Below, in pieces: positions 58,420-64,000 of a DNA stretch of 64,000 nt. The DNA lies in the NCBI GenBank assembly GCA_963665445.1, contig OY762276.1, positions 3,278,601 to 3,342,600 of the forward strand, in the 5' to 3' direction. The DNA comes from an uncultured Desulfobulbus sp. GTDB taxonomy: Bacteria > Desulfobacterota > Desulfobulbia > Desulfobulbales > Desulfobulbaceae. The notes under the pieces are model-generated. The model saw only the letters and a list, made by a program, of their open reading frames with translations. It did not search any database and had not been told where the DNA came from. Each line of letters opens with the position of its first letter. Position 1 is the first letter of the stretch. A program made the translations under genes and the position numbers.

Positions 58420-59094
58420 ATGCACAGTGAATTGAAACAACAACGAAAAGCCATTGCAACCGCCATGGATTACGCCGTGCCGGACGATTTCCGCACCGAG
58501 GCCGACGACCTCATCGACATCTACCATGACGACCGCATCGGCCTGACCCTCCTGCTCGAATTTTACAGCTATCTCCCCGAAGCACGGGAAGAATGGATTC
58601 GAGAGTTACGCCTGATCAACCGGCACCAGGGCATCTTTCTCCTTGCCGCCCGAACCGACCGCAACCGCTACCTGTACCTGGTGTCCAGCGAGGGCATCGA
58701 ATTCCAGGGCAACCTCGACGATGGTTTTCTCGCCCAGGAGCTGATCGATTTTTTCGGCTATGAAAGCATGGAGGCCTTTGCCGCCGCCTGCACACCCTTT
58801 GAAAAGCTTCCGCTCTACGAGCCCCTGCAGGTGGATTTTGAAATCTGCCCGGCCTGTCATGCCGCCGCAGGAGAATACCATGAACTTGGTTGTCCGGTGG
58901 AGATCTGCCCCTGGTGCGGAGGCCATCTGATTCATTGTGATTGTCGTTTTGAAAAGCTCGGCCTCGACGCCCTGACCACCGAGGCGGAACTCGCCGAGTT
59001 CGAGGTCCTGCTCGAGGAACGCGGGCGCATTCCCTACTCGCCGGAACAACGCCCAACCTTTGCCGACGAAGGGCCGGGCGTTGTTTTCGACTAA
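58420..59094 (+). CDS. Hypothetical protein with a C-terminal Cys/His-rich metal-binding motif
   Basis: CPACHAAAGEYHELGCPVEICPWCGGHLIHCDC. Confidence 0.75.
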   Translation: MHSELKQQRKAIATAMDYAVPDDFRTEADDLIDIYHDDRIGLTLLLEFYSYLPEAREEWIRELRLINRHQGIFLLAARTDRNRYLYLVSSEGIEFQGNLDDGFLAQELIDFFGYESMEAFAAACTPFEKLPLYEPLQVDFEICPACHAAAGEYHELGCPVEICPWCGGHLIHCDCRFEKLGLDALTTEAELAEFEVLLEERGRIPYSPEQRPTFADEGPGVVFD

Positions 59095-59104
59095 AAGCTC
59101 AGGC

Positions 59105-59138
59105 AATAGGCGGCGCCACGCCCGTGGCACCGCCTATT
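59105..59138. terminator. Hairpin between convergent genes (bidirectional terminator candidate)
   Basis: AATAGGCGG-C-GCCAC gccc GTGGC-A-CCGCCTATT. Confidence 0.55.
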
Positions 59139-60078
59139 TCGTCAGGCGCTGCCGATCAATGTATTTCAGCAGATCGGAGTCCGTATTCAACACCAGGGAA
59201 CTATTTTTGCCCAAGATCTGCTTGTAACTCTCCAAACTCTTGAGAAAGGCGTAGAATTCAGGCGCTCCGGAGTAGGCCTGAGCATAAATTTTTGCCGCCT
59301 CGGCATCGGCCTTGCCGCGAATCTCGGTCGCCTCACGTTTAGCCGTCGAGGTGATCTCCTGCAGTTCCCGATCGACCCGTCCGAGAATTTCCGCCTTACG
59401 GCCCTCACCGGTGGAACGCTTTTCCGCGGCAATACGCTTGCGCTCGGAAATCATCCGGTCATAGACCTTCAACCGCACCGATTCGATATAGTTGACCCGC
59501 TTGAACATCACATCCAACAGCTCGATACCGTACTGGGGCGTGATCTTTGAGGCGGCTTCAAGCACCATCAGACTGATCTTGTCACGCCCGATCTGGGGCG
59601 GGGTCACCAACATATCCCGGGATTGCACCGATGCCGCCATGTAATCCGGCGACCAATCCGAGCTGCGAATGATCTCGATCAGGTTGTTTTTGTTGACCAG
59701 ATCGCGCACCGTACCGGCAATAATATCGTTGAGCAGGGAGGCGGCCCGCCTCTCGTTGCCCACGGCCTGGAGGAAACGCAGCGGATCGGAAATACGCCAG
59801 CGGGCGGTATTGTCCATGTAGATGAAGGTCTTGTCATTGGTCGGAATCTGGTTGGGATCACCATCCCAGATCAACACTCGCTTGTCAAAATACTGGACGA
59901 CCTGGATAAAGGGGGTTTTGAACTTCAGACCGGCTTCCCGCACCGGCTCACCCACCGGTGCCCCGAACTGGGTGATCACGGCCTGCTGGCCCTCGGGCAC
60001 GATGAAAAAACCATCCCAAACGGTTACACCAACCGCCACCAGAAGTATCACTGCAAGTAATCGTAAAATCTTTGTCAT
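59134..60078 (-). CDS. hflC: FtsH modulator HflC
   Basis: SPFH domain: AVITQFG, FKTPFIQ, WRISDP, VYDRMISER, FYAFLKSLESY. Confidence 0.95.
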   Translation of the reverse strand: MTKILRLLAVILLVAVGVTVWDGFFIVPEGQQAVITQFGAPVGEPVREAGLKFKTPFIQVVQYFDKRVLIWDGDPNQIPTNDKTFIYMDNTARWRISDPLRFLQAVGNERRAASLLNDIIAGTVRDLVNKNNLIEIIRSSDWSPDYMAASVQSRDMLVTPPQIGRDKISLMVLEAASKITPQYGIELLDVMFKRVNYIESVRLKVYDRMISERKRIAAEKRSTGEGRKAEILGRVDRELQEITSTAKREATEIRGKADAEAAKIYAQAYSGAPEFYAFLKSLESYKQILGKNSSLVLNTDSDLLKYIDRQRLTK

Positions 60079-60127
60079 AGGTCTAGGTCACCTTAGAGGA
60101 ATCGGGTTGGACGAGCCGAGGCGGTCA

Positions 60128-61234
60128 TTACTGACCGGCGCCGACAGAGGATTTTCTCGTCAGATCAAAGAGGGGCAGAAGATTCTGCTGATTCTTGTCC
60201 ATGATGTAGAGGTGATCCACCTTGGGCAACACCTCTTCCATGGCCTCAAGATACATCCGCTGCCGGGTTACCTCTTCTGCTCCCTGATACTCCTTGAATA
60301 TCGCCTTGAAACGATTGGTCTCGCCGTTGGCGCGGTTGATGCGCTCCACCGCATAGCCCTTGGCCTCTTCAACAATCTGCTTTGCGCTTCCCCGGGCCTT
60401 GGGGATAACCTTGTTGTAGGTCTCTTCGGCTTCGTTCACCAGTCGCTTCATGTCCTGGTCAGCCACGTTGACCTCGTTGAAGGCGGGCTTGACCGTTTCC
60501 GGCGGGTTGATATCCAAAAGCTGTAGGGTCACAATGCTGATACCGCACTGGAGCCGATCCATCTGTCCCTGGAGCTCATGCTTGGCGTTGGCGGCGAGAA
60601 TTTCCCGATTACTCAGGACGTAATCGAAATCCATGTTGCCGACGATTCTCCGGGTCACGGTTTCAGAGGCATCGCGCACCGCCTGGGCCACATCCCGGAC
60701 CTCAAAGAGAAACTTCACCGGATCGCTCACCTTGTACTGCACGATCCAGGCGACCTCGATCACATCCTTGTCGCCGGTGAGCATCAGCGACTCCATATCG
60801 TAGCCCTTGCGGTCAAAGGAGGCACTGAACCCGGGAGTGCGAGTGCGGAAGCCGAATTCCTCCTTGCGCACGGTTTCCACATCCACCTTGGCCAGTTCTT
60901 CCAGATAGGGAATCTTGAAATGGAGGCCGGGCTGGGTGGTGCGGACATACTTGCCGAAACGGAGCACAATTCCGACCTCGCCCGGCTTGATGGTAAAAAA
61001 GCTGGAAAGAGCCCCCTGTAAGACCAACACCGCCATGGCAATCGCCAGCAGCTTGCTGAAACCGACAAAAAAGTTGGGTGAAGGTTCTGGCGGTTTTGAC
61101 GTACCTCCCTGTCCGCCTTCCTCCTCCTTGCCGGCGAAGGAATCTCGAATTTTTTGCAAAAGGGTCGCAAGAAGATCCTCCGGCCCGGAGGGCTTCTTTT
61201 TCTGGCCCCAGGGGGGTTGTTCATTCATCGGCAT
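60128..61234 (-). CDS. hflK: FtsH modulator HflK
   Basis: N-terminal PPWG, VLRFGKY..PGLHFKIP, MLTGD, PPETVKPAFNEV, VTRQRMYLEAME. Confidence 0.95.
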   Translation of the reverse strand: MPMNEQPPWGQKKKPSGPEDLLATLLQKIRDSFAGKEEEGGQGGTSKPPEPSPNFFVGFSKLLAIAMAVLVLQGALSSFFTIKPGEVGIVLRFGKYVRTTQPGLHFKIPYLEELAKVDVETVRKEEFGFRTRTPGFSASFDRKGYDMESLMLTGDKDVIEVAWIVQYKVSDPVKFLFEVRDVAQAVRDASETVTRRIVGNMDFDYVLSNREILAANAKHELQGQMDRLQCGISIVTLQLLDINPPETVKPAFNEVNVADQDMKRLVNEAEETYNKVIPKARGSAKQIVEEAKGYAVERINRANGETNRFKAIFKEYQGAEEVTRQRMYLEAMEEVLPKVDHLYIMDKNQQNLLPLFDLTRKSSVGAGQ

Positions 61235-61431
61235 GAAAACAGCTCCAAAAGGATAAATTGTTAGGAGAAAATACAGCGAACAAGGCCAACAAGCAGGAAC
61301 AGGCCTTCCTCTTTGGTACAATGGCCATTACCTTATGCATTACACCCCATATCGTCAAACAAGAACGGAGAAAGAGCACTGCTTTTCGGAAGAGATCCGG
61401 CCTCCAATTTCCACCGGCGATCAGCCGCAAC

Positions 61432-62319
61432 TCATACCATTGCCCGCCACCAGCAAAGGAGGACGATGGCGAAGGTCAGGGCAAAGAACAGACGCTGCCC
61501 CAGAGCCGGTCGACACCAGGCAAGGATCGAGGTTGCTCCTATGAGCATGCCGGCGCCAAGACCGCATACAAAACCAAAGAAATGCGCGCCCAGGTCGGTT
61601 CGCTCGCCCTCGGTCCCCAGGAGGGCAAGCAGTGCCAGCCCCGCACCAAGAGGCAGCATCAGGTCTTTCCATGAAACTGTGCGGCGGCGAACTGCCTGCA
61701 CGCCAGAAAGGATGCCGACCGCGGCAAAAACCGCTGTGGAGAAGCCAACCGAAAGATGGGGCGAATGGCGCCAGATGACATTGCACCAGTTGCCCAGACT
61801 GCCCATGGCCACAAGGAGAAACCAGGCAGATCCATAGCCGATTAAACGGCTCAGCAGATGGATCAGAACACCTCCCAGCAGACAGTTACCGACAAGATGG
61901 ACAGCATCGGCATGCAAGGTCAGAGCGGTCACCAGACGCCACCACTCTCCCCGCCCAACAAGGGCGTCGGTATCCACAGCCCCTTGCGTAAACCAGGCAC
62001 TGTTCGTGCTCCAATTACCAGTCACAAGGTGGAACAGGACCAATCCCCCGACGACCAGTGCGGTCGGCGGTTCCTCCGGGTGCAGGTCGGGGGCGGGAGC
62101 AACCGGCGGCCAGTTAACATTTTCCTCCTGGTAGAGCTGCAGCTGTTCCAGGGCATTGGCAGCATCTTCACCGTTCACCCACAGCGATCGGTCGTTCACC
62201 TCAAGGTGATAGGCGATCCCCACCGATTCCAGGACCAGGGCCAGCGACTCCAGTGACGCAAGATCACCTTGTGCCAGAAGAATTGGACGCTCAGGTGGCA
62301 AGGGTTCGGTTGCGGTCAT
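61432..62319 (-). CDS. Rhomboid intramembrane serine protease
   Basis: WWRLVTALTLH, HLVGN, catalytic GFSTAVF and AHFFG. Confidence 0.9.
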   Translation of the reverse strand: MTATEPLPPERPILLAQGDLASLESLALVLESVGIAYHLEVNDRSLWVNGEDAANALEQLQLYQEENVNWPPVAPAPDLHPEEPPTALVVGGLVLFHLVTGNWSTNSAWFTQGAVDTDALVGRGEWWRLVTALTLHADAVHLVGNCLLGGVLIHLLSRLIGYGSAWFLLVAMGSLGNWCNVIWRHSPHLSVGFSTAVFAAVGILSGVQAVRRRTVSWKDLMLPLGAGLALLALLGTEGERTDLGAHFFGFVCGLGAGMLIGATSILAWCRPALGQRLFFALTFAIVLLCWWRAMV

Positions 62320-62524
62320 GAAAAATCGGAGCTGATGCCATGTGGTGAAGACCGGATTTGCTTGACAATAGATGGAAAGGCCTTACCCTAGACAAAATTG
62401 TCATTTTTGTGCTTCTTCTGAGAATGACCAATTCGACCACGCCGTCTTCGCCGGAATTATTGAAGAAATGCAGTGCCGGTCATCAATACCGAGACTGTAA
62501 TACCAACAATGTAGCTATGGAAAC

Positions 62525-63478
62525 ATGAAAATGCTCGCATTACTCAAACGCATCACCCCCTTTTTGGCCGTCTTTCTTGCACTGACCTTTATGACCACTG
62601 TCATGGTTGTCGACCATGCGGATGCGCGCTCCAAGTCCGGCGGCCGCATGTTCAGCAGCCCCAGCTCCCGCTCGGCCCCCAAATCATCCCCGAGCCAACA
62701 GTACAGTAACCAGTACAATCAACGTCAGAACCAGTCGGGCGGTTTTGGCCGGGGCCTGATGGGCGGACTGCTCGGCGGCGCCCTCGGCGGCATGCTCTTT
62801 GGCAGCATGTTCGGTGCAAGTGGCAGCGGCATGGGGATCCTGCCGCTGATTATCCTTGGGGTCGTTGGTTATTTTCTCTACAAACGTTTCGTCAATCGCC
62901 CGAGCTCCTCAGCTTCCTCGGGCTATCAGCCGCCACCGTCCTCCATGTTCCAGGGGAGCGGAAACTCCTTTGGCGGCAGCTCTGTTCCGCCAGTGCCTCC
63001 CATGCCGCCGGCTGCCGGACCCATGAGCGTTGCAGAGGGGTTGGAGGAGATTCGCCGCAATGATCCCGGTTTTGACGATAAATATTTTCTCGAGGTCGCC
63101 TCAGACGTCTTTTTCAAGGTGCAGGCAGGCTGGATGCGCCGCGATCTTGCAAGCTACCGTCACCTGCTCGGCAACCAGCTGGCCGGCGAGTACGAGCAGC
63201 ACTTTGCCGAGATGAAGGCCAAGGGCCAGATCAACAAGCTGGAGTCCATCGCCATCCGCCGGGTGGAGATCACCGCCGCCGGCAGTGACAACGGTGAGGA
63301 TTTCATCACCGTGCTCTTCACCGCCAACCTGTTGGATTACACGGTTGACGACAAGAACGGCAATTTGATTGAGGGCAACATGACCGAACCGGTCAAGTTT
63401 GCCGAGAAATGGACCTGGGCCCGCCCGATACGGACCGAGGATTGGAAGCTCGAGGGAATCGAAGTCGTCGAAGACTGA
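62525..63478 (+). CDS. Tim44-domain protein
   Basis: Signal plus ADARSKSGG, Gly-rich TM (GGLLGGALGG), DPGFDDKYFL, EKWTWAR...WKLEGI. Confidence 0.85.
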   Translation: MKMLALLKRITPFLAVFLALTFMTTVMVVDHADARSKSGGRMFSSPSSRSAPKSSPSQQYSNQYNQRQNQSGGFGRGLMGGLLGGALGGMLFGSMFGASGSGMGILPLIILGVVGYFLYKRFVNRPSSSASSGYQPPPSSMFQGSGNSFGGSSVPPVPPMPPAAGPMSVAEGLEEIRRNDPGFDDKYFLEVASDVFFKVQAGWMRRDLASYRHLLGNQLAGEYEQHFAEMKAKGQINKLESIAIRRVEITAAGSDNGEDFITVLFTANLLDYTVDDKNGNLIEGNMTEPVKFAEKWTWARPIRTEDWKLEGIEVVED

Positions 63479-63501
63479 ACCACCTCTCTTTTTTGGTCCC
63501 A

Positions 63502-63537
63502 AGCCGCTTTCCTCTCCTGGAAAGCGGCTCTTTTTTT
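63502..63537 (+). terminator. Intrinsic terminator
   Basis: AGCCGCTTTCC-tctcct-GGAAAGCGGCT then C and T7. Confidence 0.8.
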
Positions 63538-63588
63538 GCCCTGCATCTCTGCAGCGATTGCGAGGATGCCCTTGCAAAGGCGCAAGTT

Positions 63589-63928
63589 ATGGAAACCATT
63601 CCCTGGAATGATTTCAGTAAAATCGAATTACGGGTGAGCAAGGTGCGCAGTGCTGAAATCTTTGCCGAGGCCAGAAAACCGGCCTACATCCTTCACGTCG
63701 ATTTCGGTGCGGAGATCGGGATTCGGAAGTCAAGCGACCAACTGACCGCACTGTCCCCCCCAAACGAGCTCGTCGGCCGACTGGTGGCTGAGGTGGTCAA
63801 CTTCCCTAAAAAAACAGATTGGCCCGTTGATGTCGGAGTGCCTCATCACCGGCTTTGCCAACGAGAACAACGAGATCGTCCTCAGTGTTCCTGACAAAGA
63901 GTTGCCGCTTGGGGGCAAACTTTTTTAG
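63589..63928 (+). pseudogene. csaA: Frameshifted CsaA/YgjH-type tRNA-binding chaperone
   Basis: METIPWNDFSKIELRV...RKPAY..VDFG..IGIRKSS...VVNFPK, then an A7 run (63808-63814) shifts the frame. The other frame continues QIGPLMSECLITGF...PDKELPLGGKLF*. Confidence 0.8.
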
Positions 63929-63940
63929 GGCCTCGGCAAT

Positions 63941-63980
63941 AAAAAAAACACCGCGCAGGCGCAAAGCCTGCGCGGTGTTT
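63941..63980. terminator. Strong hairpin with A run (terminator, mainly for a minus-strand transcript from beyond the window)
   Basis: A8, then AAACACCGCGCAGGC-gcaaa-GCCTGCGCGGTGTTT (15-bp perfect stem). Confidence 0.75.
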
Positions 63981-64000
63981 GTGCGTCAGATTGGGGACAA

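Overview
64 kb of a GC-rich bacterial chromosome. Gene content and style suggest Desulfobacterota, Desulfobulbaceae-like; this is inference and was not verified. The window splits at two identical tRNA-Ala(GGC) genes. The right part (about 45-64 kb) is core housekeeping: mreBCD-mrdA-rodA, hemH, an HPF-cold-shock fusion, polA, gltA, hflKC, a rhomboid, a Tim44-like protein and a frameshifted csaA. The left 43 kb is an accessory region. It holds (i) a radical SAM + GGCT pair and a secreted choice-of-anchor-I protein, (ii) a Fur-family regulator with a DUF318/DUF1980 permease pair opposite a decayed metal-ABC ATPase, (iii) a two-component-associated cassette encoding a Tat-exported MBL hydrolase, an RND tripartite pump and several lipoprotein/secreted proteins, bracketed by IS relics and four copies of a 101-bp repeat, (iv) a methanogen-type mtaC-mtaB-ramA corrinoid methyltransferase operon with no second methyltransferase, followed by a giant sensor kinase whose Ser/Thr kinase domain looks catalytically dead, and (v) a patatin, an IS-truncated diguanylate cyclase and IS debris (ISKra4, IS66). 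A GTDC1/QTMAN-like glycosyltransferase sits between the two tRNA copies. No CRISPR array, rRNA or integrase was seen. All family assignments come from motif recognition by eye; no database searches were run.
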